Shown here in pieces: positions 8,079 through 16,931 of a stretch of DNA of 53,545 bases (position 1 is the first letter of the stretch; each line of letters starts with the position of its first letter). The translations under genes and the position numbers were made by a program. The DNA is from Chloroflexota bacterium (GTDB taxonomy: Bacteria; Chloroflexota; UBA6077; SHYK01). A model generated the notes under the pieces. It was not told the origin of the DNA, made no database searches, and saw nothing but the letters and a program-made list of their open reading frames with translations. The DNA is taken from the NCBI GenBank assembly GCA_016202435.1, contig JACQOR010000081.1, positions 1-53,545 of the forward strand, read 5' to 3'.

Positions 8079-8705
8079 TTGCCCAGTCTCGATGAACTCC
8101 GAGCCCAAATCACGCAATGCCGACTCTGCGACCTCAGCAAAGCTCGAACGCAGGCGGTCCCTGGAGAGGGTAACCCCAGGGCTCAGGTAATGCTTATTGG
8201 GGAGGGCCCGGGCTTCTACGAGGACCAGCGGGGTCGGCCCTTCGTGGGGCCTGCGGGTCATTTCCTGGACGAACTCCTCGGTTTGGCCGGTTTCAGTCGA
8301 GGTGACGTGTTCATCACGAACGTGGTGAAGTGCCGCCCACCGGGGAACCGAGACCCGGAGCCTGAGGAGCTCGCTGCCTGCGATGGACATCTCAGGGCCC
8401 AGATTGAGGTCATCCAGCCAAACGTCATCGTCACGCTGGGGCGCTTCTCGCTGGCGAAGTTCGTCCCCGGCGTCCGCAGCATGAAGGAGGTCCACGGCCG
8501 TGCGATACCCTATCAGGGGCGTCTGGTCGTAGCGATGTATCACCCAGCGGCGGCCCTGCATCAGGGCGGTCTGCGACGAGTGATTGAGGAGGACTTCCGG
8601 ATGCTCCCGATGATCGTCGCGCGAAAAGCGCCGGCCGGTGCGGTGGCCGAGCCTGCGCCTGCGGCCAGTCCAGCCGCGGAACAGATCTCGCTCTTCGCCC
8701 TGTAG
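8079..8705 (+). CDS. Family 4 uracil-DNA glycosylase (Fe-S)
   Basis: CRLC, GEGPG..ED..GRPFVG, NVVKCRPPGNRDP, YHPAA motifs. Confidence 0.95.
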   Translation: MPSLDELRAQITQCRLCDLSKARTQAVPGEGNPRAQVMLIGEGPGFYEDQRGRPFVGPAGHFLDELLGLAGFSRGDVFITNVVKCRPPGNRDPEPEELAACDGHLRAQIEVIQPNVIVTLGRFSLAKFVPGVRSMKEVHGRAIPYQGRLVVAMYHPAAALHQGGLRRVIEEDFRMLPMIVARKAPAGAVAEPAPAASPAAEQISLFAL

Positions 8706-8714
8706 CCCGGACGA

Positions 8715-10880
8715 TTGACGGCGACTCGCACCCCCTCTGCTCGCGGGACTCGACCGGGGATCAGAACTGGTTCGCGCGCCCGTGGATCGGCTCTGCGGGC
8801 GTCTCGCTCGACGGCCAAAGGGCCGCCTATCGATATGCCCGACCTGCCCGGCTGGCAGCTCGCCGGGACGTCATTGATCGCCGTGGCTCTCGTCGGACTC
8901 CTGGCGCTTACTTGGCCCGAAGGGCCCATCTTCCCCCAGGTAGCGCGATTCTTCACCCATTGGATCGGTTGGCTCGCCGGACTAGGGTTATTGTGGATTG
9001 GCGCGGTCGGAATCGTGGTGGTCGCTCCCCAAGCACGCCAGCAGCGCTGGGTTTGGGCGAAGCTGGTTGAAACCGGAATGCTCGCCGTTGGCGTCCTGGT
9101 GTTGGATGCCATCGAAGGGTCACGGGCTTACGGCCAGGTCGGCTACGCCCTGGCAACGTCACTCACGCGACTCTTAGGTCATGGCGCCACAACGACGGTG
9201 ATGGTCGCGGCGGTCGTCGGCTCCGGAGTCGCAGCCGTCGGGATTCGTAGTGATCAGATCTGGAGCTGGGGCCGCAGCGTGGCAGCGCTCACCTGGGGAG
9301 GGGCGTGCTTGACCGTCGGGGCGACGAGTTTCTTGCTGCATCGACTCGTCGCCTGGCTTGAACGCCGGAGGGCCAGCGAAGCTTCCGGTTCTCCGCGCGT
9401 CACCACCGGCGCGTCGGCCCACACGCCGGTGGTCTCCGGAGATCTTGCTGTTCTAGAGTTGGCGGCGGCCGGAAGTACCTGGAAAGCGCCACCTGTGGGG
9501 ATTCTTGCGTCGCGCAGGCCACCGGAGCCCAGTGACGGTAATCTGCGCGAGCAAGCTCGGGTGATAGAAGATACCTTGGCCAGCTTCAACATCGGCGCTC
9601 GCGTGCTGGAGATCAATCAAGGACCGGCCGTGACCCAGTTTGGCATTGAGCCGGCCCAGGGGGTACCCGTTAGCAGGATCATGGCGCGCGTAAATGACCT
9701 GGCCCTGCGTCTCGGCGCTACGCCCATTCGCATGGAAGCCCCGGTTCCTGGCCGCCGCATGCTCGGGGTCGAGGTTCCCAACGCCCGGGTTTCGCTCGTG
9801 GGGCTCCGAGAGATTCTGGAGAGCGATGTCTTCGCCAGAACGAAAGCGCAGATCCCATTGGCGCTCGGCCGAGACATCGCCGGTAAACCGGTTGTTGCGG
9901 ACCTGGCACGCATGCCCCACCTGCTCATTGCCGGTGCGACTGGCTCTGGAAAGAGCGTCGCCATCAACTCGATGGTGGCGTGCCTGTTGTCCCAGTTCAC
10001 GCCTGACCAGCTCCAGCTAGTGATGGTGGACCCGAAGATGGTGGAACTGACGGGTTACAACGGCATTCCCCATTTGCGCATGCCGGTCGTGACGGAGATG
10101 GACCGCATCGTGGGGACGTTAAAGTGGGTGGGGCACGAAATGGAGCGGCGCTACAAGCTTTTCGCGGCCCATTCTCAGCGGAACATCGACGGTTTCAATC
10201 AGCACGTCCGAAGGCTAGGAGAGCGGCCGCTCCCGTACATTGTGGTCATTATCGATGAGCTTGCGGACCTCATGATGACGGCCCCAGATGAGGCGGAAAA
10301 GACTATTTGCCGCCTGGCGCAACTCGCCCGGGCGACCGGCATCCATCTGGTAGTCGCGACGCAGCGGCCCTCCGTGGACGTGGTCACCGGACTCATCAAA
10401 GCGAATTTCCCGAGCAGGATCGCTTTCGCGGTGACGTCGCAGATTGATTCCCGGGTTATCCTCGACATGGTCGGGGCGGAACGGTTGCTGGGGCGGGGCG
10501 ACATGCTCTATCTGCCGCCGGACGCGAGCAAGCTGGTGCGCGTCCAGGGAACGTATGTCGCGGAGGAAGAGATCGAGGCGCTGGCAGCCTATTGGCGGCA
10601 GCTCGGCGCGCCCCAGTACGACGGTCAAGACCTCGAGGACGTTGAGAACCTGGGGAGACCGGTCGACCCGGCGGTCGATGACCTGTACGAGCGAGCGGTA
10701 GAGTTGGCGCAGCAGACTCGCCGTATGTCAGTGTCGCTCCTTCAGCGGAGGCTTGGGATCGGCTATCCGAGGGCCGCACGGTTGGTGGACCTCCTAGAGG
10801 AGCGCGGGATCATCGCCTCTGCCGAGGACGGCCGCACTCGTGAGGTGCTCGTCCAGGGAGAGTTGCCTCCACCAGAATGA
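8715..10880 (+). CDS. ftsK: DNA translocase FtsK/SpoIIIE
   Basis: N-terminal TMs, PHLLIAGATGSGKS, IIDELADLMM, ATQRPSVDV, gamma domain SLLQRRLGIGYPRAARL. Confidence 0.97.
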   Translation: MTATRTPSARGTRPGIRTGSRARGSALRASRSTAKGPPIDMPDLPGWQLAGTSLIAVALVGLLALTWPEGPIFPQVARFFTHWIGWLAGLGLLWIGAVGIVVVAPQARQQRWVWAKLVETGMLAVGVLVLDAIEGSRAYGQVGYALATSLTRLLGHGATTTVMVAAVVGSGVAAVGIRSDQIWSWGRSVAALTWGGACLTVGATSFLLHRLVAWLERRRASEASGSPRVTTGASAHTPVVSGDLAVLELAAAGSTWKAPPVGILASRRPPEPSDGNLREQARVIEDTLASFNIGARVLEINQGPAVTQFGIEPAQGVPVSRIMARVNDLALRLGATPIRMEAPVPGRRMLGVEVPNARVSLVGLREILESDVFARTKAQIPLALGRDIAGKPVVADLARMPHLLIAGATGSGKSVAINSMVACLLSQFTPDQLQLVMVDPKMVELTGYNGIPHLRMPVVTEMDRIVGTLKWVGHEMERRYKLFAAHSQRNIDGFNQHVRRLGERPLPYIVVIIDELADLMMTAPDEAEKTICRLAQLARATGIHLVVATQRPSVDVVTGLIKANFPSRIAFAVTSQIDSRVILDMVGAERLLGRGDMLYLPPDASKLVRVQGTYVAEEEIEALAAYWRQLGAPQYDGQDLEDVENLGRPVDPAVDDLYERAVELAQQTRRMSVSLLQRRLGIGYPRAARLVDLLEERGIIASAEDGRTREVLVQGELPPPE

Positions 10881-10963
10881 CCGAAGCTCTTGTCAGGGAA
10901 GAGCTGACGTCCGGTCCGGTTCGCGGGGAAGACCTGGCTCAGGCGAAGCGCTAGGAGCGGACC

Positions 10964-13729
10964 TTGCTTCGAGTCCTTGCCGTCCTCGTCGGACTTGGGC
11001 TTGCGACGGTCATTTTTTATCCGGAGATCGCGCTTACCGGTCGCATCCTCGCTGATTATGACGTGTGGACATACTTCTATCCGCTGCGGCAGTATGGTGC
11101 TGATGCCCTGAAGGCCGGCCGGTTCCCGTTGTGGAACCCCGACACGTTTCTGGGCGCCCCGTTTTTTGCTAATCCCCAGACATCGCTTCTATATCCGGGA
11201 ACGTTGCTCTTTCTCGTTCTGCCGGTTCCGGACGCCTACACAGTCTCTGTCCTACTGCACGTCTTTCTGACTGCGGCCGCAGCCCACGCCTTCATGCGTG
11301 TCGTCCTCGGCGTCCGGACTGTGCCCGGGCTCTTGGGCGCCTTCGCCCTCGCCTTCGGAGGGGCGGTCTCGGCGCAGATCGGCCATATCAATCAGCTCAG
11401 TGCAACCCCGTGGCTGCTGGTTGTCGCGGTCTGTACCGACCTGGCTTTTCGCCGGCGGAGTCTGGTGTGGCTCTCCCTCGGAGCTATGGCACTAGGAATC
11501 CAACTGCTCGCCGGGCACGCGCAGATTGCCTATATGACCGCGTGGGTGGTGGGGATCTTGCTGCTCTGGCGAGTGGTTGAGGAAGTGCGCTCTGGGATTC
11601 CCGCCGAAGACGCTGGACCAGCAGTATCGCGCTGGAGGACGGTGCTCCGCGGGATCGGCATATTTGCCTTGATGGTGCTTCCTGGCGCGGCGGTGGCAGC
11701 GGCTCAACTCGTGCCCACCGCCGAGCTTTCTGGAGAATCGGTCCGAAGCGGCGGATTGTCCTTTCCCGAGGCCGTCACCTTCTCGCTGCCGCCAGATCAA
11801 ATTGCACGGGCGCTGCTCCCGGGCTATTGGGCGAATGTGTATAGCGAATTCATGGGATACGTGGGAACTCTCCCCCTCTTCCTGGCGATCCTCGCTCTGG
11901 CCTTCGCCCCCGGTTTACGAGTTCTCTTTGCACTGCTCGTTGCCTCGTTGGGTCTTGCTCTGGCTCTGGGGGGGGCCAACCCACTCTATGGCGTGGTGTA
12001 CGAGGTCGTGCCCGGGATCGACCTGTTCCGCGTTCCAGCACGCTGGCTGCTCGTGTACAGCTTGGGGGTGGCCGCGTTGGCGGCCCTCGGCGGCGAATGG
12101 ATCTTGGACCGCCCGCTGCCGACCGCCAACGTGTGGCGGCCACCCGTCGTGCTGGGAATCGCATCATTGATCGTCGTCCTGTTCACGGAGCTCGTGGGCG
12201 ACGTTCCGGATCGAATCGTGGCGCTTTGGATGTGTGGCTTCATAGGAGCGGGTGTCGTCGCGCTGCTGGCCTTGCGGCGACCCGGAAGAGCAGTCTCGGC
12301 GCTGCTGGTGCTGGGATGTCTGGCAGAACTGCGCGCCACCGCCCTGGACTTGCCGGCGCGAAACCCGGTGCCTGCCGAGGCGTATACGACGCGGCGAGAA
12401 GTCCCCAGTTACCTGGCCCAGGCGGGGCAGGGGCGCCTGCTCAGCATTGCTCCCACGGAGTACGAGGTGCCCGACAGCGCGATCCTTGCCGCGAGCCATC
12501 CCAACCTTGGCTCCGCGGCTTCGCTGGCGTTCAAGACCGCACTCAAGTTGGATGAGGTCATGTCGCCTAACGTCCCGCTGCGGTTTGGCCTCAGCACAGT
12601 AGATGGCTATGACGGGGGCGTGCTCCCGCTGCGTAGATACCTCGAAATGGCGAGCCTTTTGGTCCCCAGATCCGATCTTAGAAGTGACGGCGTGCTGCGC
12701 ACTCGTCTGCTGGCTGTTCCGGAACCGGCGCTGCTGGATCTTTTCCGGGTCAGAGCGGTCATTGCGAATCAGGTGAACGACATAGACATAGACGGGGTGC
12801 GTTTCGACACGAGCAGCGCGCGACGACTGGTTGCCGGAGCCGCCGTCACAGTGGACCTGTCCGCGCCGCTCGAGCTGCGGGAGATCGCGCTCCTGGCCAG
12901 CACGGATGAGCTGTCGACGCTGGACACCGTGGGGACGGTGGTCCTGGAACGTGCGGACGGCTCCCGAGAAGAGGTGCCCTTGCTTCCGGAGCGCCACGTG
13001 TTTGCTCGCGGGGCGCCGGGGCCCCTCAGAGCGGCACGGCGAGTAATTCAGCCGGGGCAGTCCGGCGGTGAGGACACCGCCGTGAGGATCGGGGTCGCGG
13101 CGGGGGAAGCGGTGACCCGGGTGACATACCACTGGAACGGGCCCGGTGTCTGGGAGTTGCGGGGCGCGGTTCTGGTGGGAACAGATGGCCGGCAGGAGCA
13201 GCTAGTCCTGCTTCCTGAAGTGCGGCGGACGCTGTTCCCCGTGCTTAAAGTGTACGAACCTACATGGGCGCATCCGGCCGTGACAGACCTCGTGCTGCAG
13301 GCCGAGACAGTGGATGACGAGCGGGCGCTCGCAGGACTGCGGGCGGAGCCCGCATCGCCGCAGTGGCTGGTTCGCCTGGCGGAGGGCTCGGACGCAATGC
13401 CGCAGGAAGGTGCGGGGCGGGGACGGATGTTGCTCGTCGACCGTTCCCCGGAGCGGCTGGGCTTCGAGCGCGTTGGCTCTGACGGCGCGGGCTATCTGGT
13501 GGTGGACGATGCCTGGGTGCCAGGCTGGCGGGCGTGGATAGACGATGAGGAGGTTCGAGTACAGCGCGCGAACGTGCTCTTCAAGGCCGTCTGGGTTCCA
13601 AGCGGAGCGCAGAAGGTGGTCCTGAGCTATGAGCCTAACTCAGTCAAGGTCGGGTTCGTGGCCAGTGCGCTCGGCGTCCTCGCCATCGTTGTGCTCCTGG
13701 TCCTGGGGCTGAGAGGTCGTCGGCTCTAA
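10964..13729 (+). CDS. YfhO-family polytopic membrane protein (GT-C-like glycosyltransferase)
   Basis: GRFPLWNP...GAPFFANPQ, LLAGHAQ, FRVPARW, C-terminal LVVDDAWVPGWRA...RANVLFKAVWVPSG. Confidence 0.85.
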   Translation: MLRVLAVLVGLGLATVIFYPEIALTGRILADYDVWTYFYPLRQYGADALKAGRFPLWNPDTFLGAPFFANPQTSLLYPGTLLFLVLPVPDAYTVSVLLHVFLTAAAAHAFMRVVLGVRTVPGLLGAFALAFGGAVSAQIGHINQLSATPWLLVVAVCTDLAFRRRSLVWLSLGAMALGIQLLAGHAQIAYMTAWVVGILLLWRVVEEVRSGIPAEDAGPAVSRWRTVLRGIGIFALMVLPGAAVAAAQLVPTAELSGESVRSGGLSFPEAVTFSLPPDQIARALLPGYWANVYSEFMGYVGTLPLFLAILALAFAPGLRVLFALLVASLGLALALGGANPLYGVVYEVVPGIDLFRVPARWLLVYSLGVAALAALGGEWILDRPLPTANVWRPPVVLGIASLIVVLFTELVGDVPDRIVALWMCGFIGAGVVALLALRRPGRAVSALLVLGCLAELRATALDLPARNPVPAEAYTTRREVPSYLAQAGQGRLLSIAPTEYEVPDSAILAASHPNLGSAASLAFKTALKLDEVMSPNVPLRFGLSTVDGYDGGVLPLRRYLEMASLLVPRSDLRSDGVLRTRLLAVPEPALLDLFRVRAVIANQVNDIDIDGVRFDTSSARRLVAGAAVTVDLSAPLELREIALLASTDELSTLDTVGTVVLERADGSREEVPLLPERHVFARGAPGPLRAARRVIQPGQSGGEDTAVRIGVAAGEAVTRVTYHWNGPGVWELRGAVLVGTDGRQEQLVLLPEVRRTLFPVLKVYEPTWAHPAVTDLVLQAETVDDERALAGLRAEPASPQWLVRLAEGSDAMPQEGAGRGRMLLVDRSPERLGFERVGSDGAGYLVVDDAWVPGWRAWIDDEEVRVQRANVLFKAVWVPSGAQKVVLSYEPNSVKVGFVASALGVLAIVVLLVLGLRGRRL

Positions 13730-13814
13730 ATTCCCTGCGGACAGCACCGCGCGAGCCTCTGGGTCCACCACGTTCCTACAAGACCGGGCGTTCCGGTGTC
13801 GATGCGGGTTCAGC

Positions 13815-13820
13815 TATAAT
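13815..13820 (+). promoter_or_regulatory. -10 element (TATAAT) for rplU-rpmA-rpmE
   Basis: Perfect TATAAT 9 nt before the rplU ATG; no SD in between. Confidence 0.6.
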
Positions 13821-13829
13821 GCCTCCCCC

Positions 13830-14144
13830 ATGCATGCGGTAATTGAGAGTGGCGGTAAGCAGTACCGCGTCTCCCCCGGCGACAAAGTCACCATCGAAAG
13901 GCTGGATGTGGAGTCCGGCACAACGGTGGAGTTCAGCCGAGTATTGCTCGTGGAGGACGACGCGGCGATCGAGGTTGGGCATCCGACGGTCCCTGGCGCA
14001 CGGGTGGTCGGGCACGTCCTCGGGCACGACCGAGGGGAAAAACTCGTGGTGTTCCGGTTCAAGGCAAAAGCGCGATATCGCCGCCGCACTGGTCACCGGC
14101 AGTCCCGTACCCACGTCCGCGTTACCGAGATCCAGCGAAGTTAA
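13830..14144 (+). CDS. rplU: 50S ribosomal protein L21
   Basis: [12 protein letters not shown]...[12 protein letters not shown]. Confidence 0.98.
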   Translation: MHAVIESGGKQYRVSPGDKVTIERLDVESGTTVEFSRVLLVEDDAAIEVGHPTVPGARVVGHVLGHDRGEKLVVFRFKAKARYRRRTGHRQSRTHVRVTEIQRS

Positions 14145-14146
14145 CG

Positions 14147-14404
14147 ATGGCGCACAAGAAGGGCGGCGGGAGTTCACGCAACGGGCGCGACAGTGAGGGC
14201 CAGCGCCTCGGTGTAAAACGATCCGATGGGTGCGTAGTTCGGGCGGGCACTATCATCCTCCGCCAGCGCGGGACCCCGGTTCGGCCCGGCAACAACGTCG
14301 GGATCGGCCGGGATCACACGCTATTTGCTCTGATTGACGGTACCGTTCGATTCGAACACGCGACCCGCGAGCGGAAGCGCGTCAGTGTCTACGCTTCCGA
14401 ATGA
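14147..14404 (+). CDS. rpmA: 50S ribosomal protein L27
   Basis: [24 protein letters not shown]...GRDHTLFAL. Confidence 0.98.
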   Translation: MAHKKGGGSSRNGRDSEGQRLGVKRSDGCVVRAGTIILRQRGTPVRPGNNVGIGRDHTLFALIDGTVRFEHATRERKRVSVYASE

Positions 14405-14423
14405 GCGAGGGCGAGCAGGACCG

Positions 14424-14675
14424 TTGAAGAAGGACATCCACCCCGAGTACGTAGAAGCCACGGTGCACTGTGCCTGCGGCAATACTTTTTCCACACACTC
14501 CACCAAGGCAATGATCCGAGTAGACATCTGCTCGCGATGCCATCCGTTCTTCACAGGTGAGCAGCGGTTGGTTGACACCGGTGGACGCGTCGAGCGCTTC
14601 ATGCGCCGCATGAGCCGAACCAGCTCCCGAGTTGAAGCTGCGGAATCCGCAGGGAATACCACTCCGGCGCGGTAG
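14424..14675 (+). CDS. rpmE: 50S ribosomal protein L31 (Zn-binding type)
   Basis: TTG start at 14424; KKDIHPEY...CACGN...[11 protein letters not shown]...GRVERF. Confidence 0.97.
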   Translation: MKKDIHPEYVEATVHCACGNTFSTHSTKAMIRVDICSRCHPFFTGEQRLVDTGGRVERFMRRMSRTSSRVEAAESAGNTTPAR

Positions 14676-14832
14676 CCGGTAGCCGTTTACACTGCGGGCG
14701 GCGGCACGGCAAACAAGTTTCCCGTCAGCGCCCCCCCTTAACTCGGGCGTTCCCAGCATTTCTGACAGGCGCATCCTGCCTTCCGCTGCTCTGTTTCCCA
14801 GAGTTTCTCGCGCCGTAGAGGCGGGCCGTCGC

Positions 14833-14871
14833 GTAGCGTGGCAGTACACGCTACTCGGTACCGTGTACACT
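14833..14871. promoter_or_regulatory. Triple half-site inverted-repeat operator overlapping a TACACT -10 upstream of the XRE gene
   Basis: GTAGCGTG (14833-40), CACGCTAC (14847-54), GTACCGTG (14858-65); TACACT at 14866-71. Confidence 0.55.
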
Positions 14872-14898
14872 AGGAAGGAGGGGGCGAAGGAGTGGAGT

Positions 14899-15144
14899 GT
14901 GGACGCGAAACCGATGAGAAAGTGGACCGCTGGCCGCGTTCGGGAGCTTCGCAAAAGCCTCGATCTAACCCAGGAACGGTTCGCTCAACACCTTGGCGTA
15001 CGGCAGCAGACTATCAGCGAGTGGGAGACGGGCGTCTATGTGCCTCGCGGAGCCTCGGCCCGAGTCCTCGACCTCGTTGCTGAAAAGGTGGAGTTCCAAT
15101 ACGGGCTCGAGGCTCCAGAGGCTACTCCCGACGCCGGCGATTGA
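14899..15144 (+). CDS. Small XRE/Cro-family HTH regulator
   Basis: VRELRKSLDLTQERFAQHLGVRQQTISEWETG; GTG at 14899 after AAGGAG. Confidence 0.9.
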   Translation: MDAKPMRKWTAGRVRELRKSLDLTQERFAQHLGVRQQTISEWETGVYVPRGASARVLDLVAEKVEFQYGLEAPEATPDAGD

Positions 15145-15172
15145 TCGGCGGCGGATTCGAGCGCACCTCCCG

Positions 15173-16612
15173 GTGGCTAGACATCGCGGGATCCCGGAGG
15201 CCTTTGTATGCTGGCTGTGGCAGGAGCGGAGAGCCGGTCGGACACTGATCACTTCTGATGGGCGCCGCCTGGATGTGATCTATCCGGGGCGGCGGTGGGG
15301 CAGCTGGGGTCCGGACTTCCGAGAGGCGATCTTGGCTGTGGATGGTGCGGTGGTTCGGGGTGACGTCGAGGTTCACGTGCGCGCCGCCGACTGGCGGGCC
15401 CACGGTCACTCATCAGATCCTGAGTACGCCGGAATCCGGTTGCACGTGATCTTTGAGCGCTCCGCCTCGGGTCCGGATCAGGCCACACTGATGACGGTCT
15501 ACCTGGGCGCCCACCTCCTGGAATCGATCGACGCGCTTCTGCAAGCGTGGCGTGAAGCCTCCTTGCGGACCAACAGTGAGTCTTGCCGTTCACCCGAGGA
15601 AGCTGCGGACCTGCTTGAGCGAGCCGGGTTGGCCCGGCTCAATTCGAAGGCGGCCCGCTTCGAAGGCGACCTGGTGACCGTAGGGCCCCGGGAGGCGCTG
15701 CTTCGCGGGGCAAGTGAGTGTCTAGGGTATGCGGCAAACGTGCCTCCGATCAGGGCACTGCTGGAACGCTTCTCGGTGCGAATGGTGGCAGACCTGCTGC
15801 GAGTCGAGGGCGCTCTTGTGGCGAGCGCCGCGCTCTTCGGCACCGCGGGTCTACTGCCTTCGCAGCGAGGCAGGCTTCCTCCGGACGGCTACTCCTTGCG
15901 TATGGAGCATCTCTGGCGCGAGCTGGCGTGGCCGGGCCCTTCGCGGAGTCTGGGCTGGCGTTGGATTGGAAGTCGGCCGGCCAATATGCCGACACGGCGG
16001 GTCGCCGCACTTCTGGCGCTGCTCCATGAGGGTCGGGGTGCCCCGGAGGAGGAGGTTCTGGCGGCGGTTTGGGAGCTGCCACCTCGCAGGGTGGCGGGCG
16101 CACTCCGTGCGACGTTTCAGCGAAAGGGTGACGAGTACTGGCGTGCCCATGGGGACTTCGGACAACCCCTACAGGTCCGGACTGCACTGGTCGGTTCTCG
16201 GAGGGCGGCCGACATCGTCGTAAACGCGGCCCTGCCGTGGGCCCTGGCGATCGCTCGGGCGCGGGACGACCGGCCTCTTCATGATGCCGTCATCCGTGCG
16301 TATCGTGTCCATCCGCGGCTCGCCGACGACCAGATTACGCGCCATATGGCGTTCCAGGTGCTAGGGAGCGTTTCAAACCCAGTGGTCAATTCGGCGTGCC
16401 GTCAGCAGGGATTGCACCAGTTGTATCGCGGCTGGTGCACCGACCGCGACTGTCAGGACTGTCCTGCTTTCGCTCAAGACGGAGCGACCCGGGTTCCTTC
16501 TCAAAGTCAGGCCAGCGAGGCGTCTCTTAGCAGAGCCGCGAATATGATCGCACCCGGCAACTTCGACAGGCCAGGGGAGCCGAATGGCATGCCGCACTCA
16601 TCGAACAGGTAG
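15173..16612 (+). CDS. DUF2851 family protein (start uncertain, ~15140-15173)
   Basis: PG...GPDF, GDVEVH...DW..HGH..DP.Y..I.LHV, RPANMPTRR, C-terminal QQGL.QL...WC....C..C. Confidence 0.85.
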   Translation: MARHRGIPEAFVCWLWQERRAGRTLITSDGRRLDVIYPGRRWGSWGPDFREAILAVDGAVVRGDVEVHVRAADWRAHGHSSDPEYAGIRLHVIFERSASGPDQATLMTVYLGAHLLESIDALLQAWREASLRTNSESCRSPEEAADLLERAGLARLNSKAARFEGDLVTVGPREALLRGASECLGYAANVPPIRALLERFSVRMVADLLRVEGALVASAALFGTAGLLPSQRGRLPPDGYSLRMEHLWRELAWPGPSRSLGWRWIGSRPANMPTRRVAALLALLHEGRGAPEEEVLAAVWELPPRRVAGALRATFQRKGDEYWRAHGDFGQPLQVRTALVGSRRAADIVVNAALPWALAIARARDDRPLHDAVIRAYRVHPRLADDQITRHMAFQVLGSVSNPVVNSACRQQGLHQLYRGWCTDRDCQDCPAFAQDGATRVPSQSQASEASLSRAANMIAPGNFDRPGEPNGMPHSSNR

Positions 16613-16613
16613 A

Positions 16614-16898
16614 ATGGACGAAACTTTCAGGAGGCTCACCACCACGATTCCCGACAACCCCGATTGGCGCCGCCACCGCGGTGCCTGCCCTAACTACCGC
16701 GAGCGCTGGTCCGCGGAAAGCGAGCCTGGCGACGACGGCTGCCGCCTCCTGTATCAAGTGATCTGCCTGATGAACACGCCCCCACTCACCATCGAGGAGC
16801 AGCAGCGCTGTCTCTGCACGACCGGGGGCTGCTGGCGCGGTCCTGAGACCTGCGTCGACTCCTCTCATGCGAGGACTGGATTGGGCGTCCTTTCCTAG
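16614..16898 (+). CDS. Small Cys-rich hypothetical protein (94 aa)
   Basis: ATG directly after the DUF2851 stop with AGGT upstream; 7 Cys including CPNY, VICL, CLC, CWR. Confidence 0.7.
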   Translation: MDETFRRLTTTIPDNPDWRRHRGACPNYRERWSAESEPGDDGCRLLYQVICLMNTPPLTIEEQQRCLCTTGGCWRGPETCVDSSHARTGLGVLS

Positions 16899-16931
16899 CC
16901 CGTGGCGCGGGTGGCTTCTGGGAGAGACGCG

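Noticed and set aside
14690-14825. Cobalamin riboswitch, T-box, SRP or hammerhead identity for the GGGAA-rich element
   Set aside because: No GCCACTG B12 box, T-box consensus, SRP domain IV or CUGANGA core.
14899-15144. XRE gene as a HigA/MqsA antitoxin of a TA pair
   Set aside because: No small RelE/HigB-like toxin ORF is adjacent.
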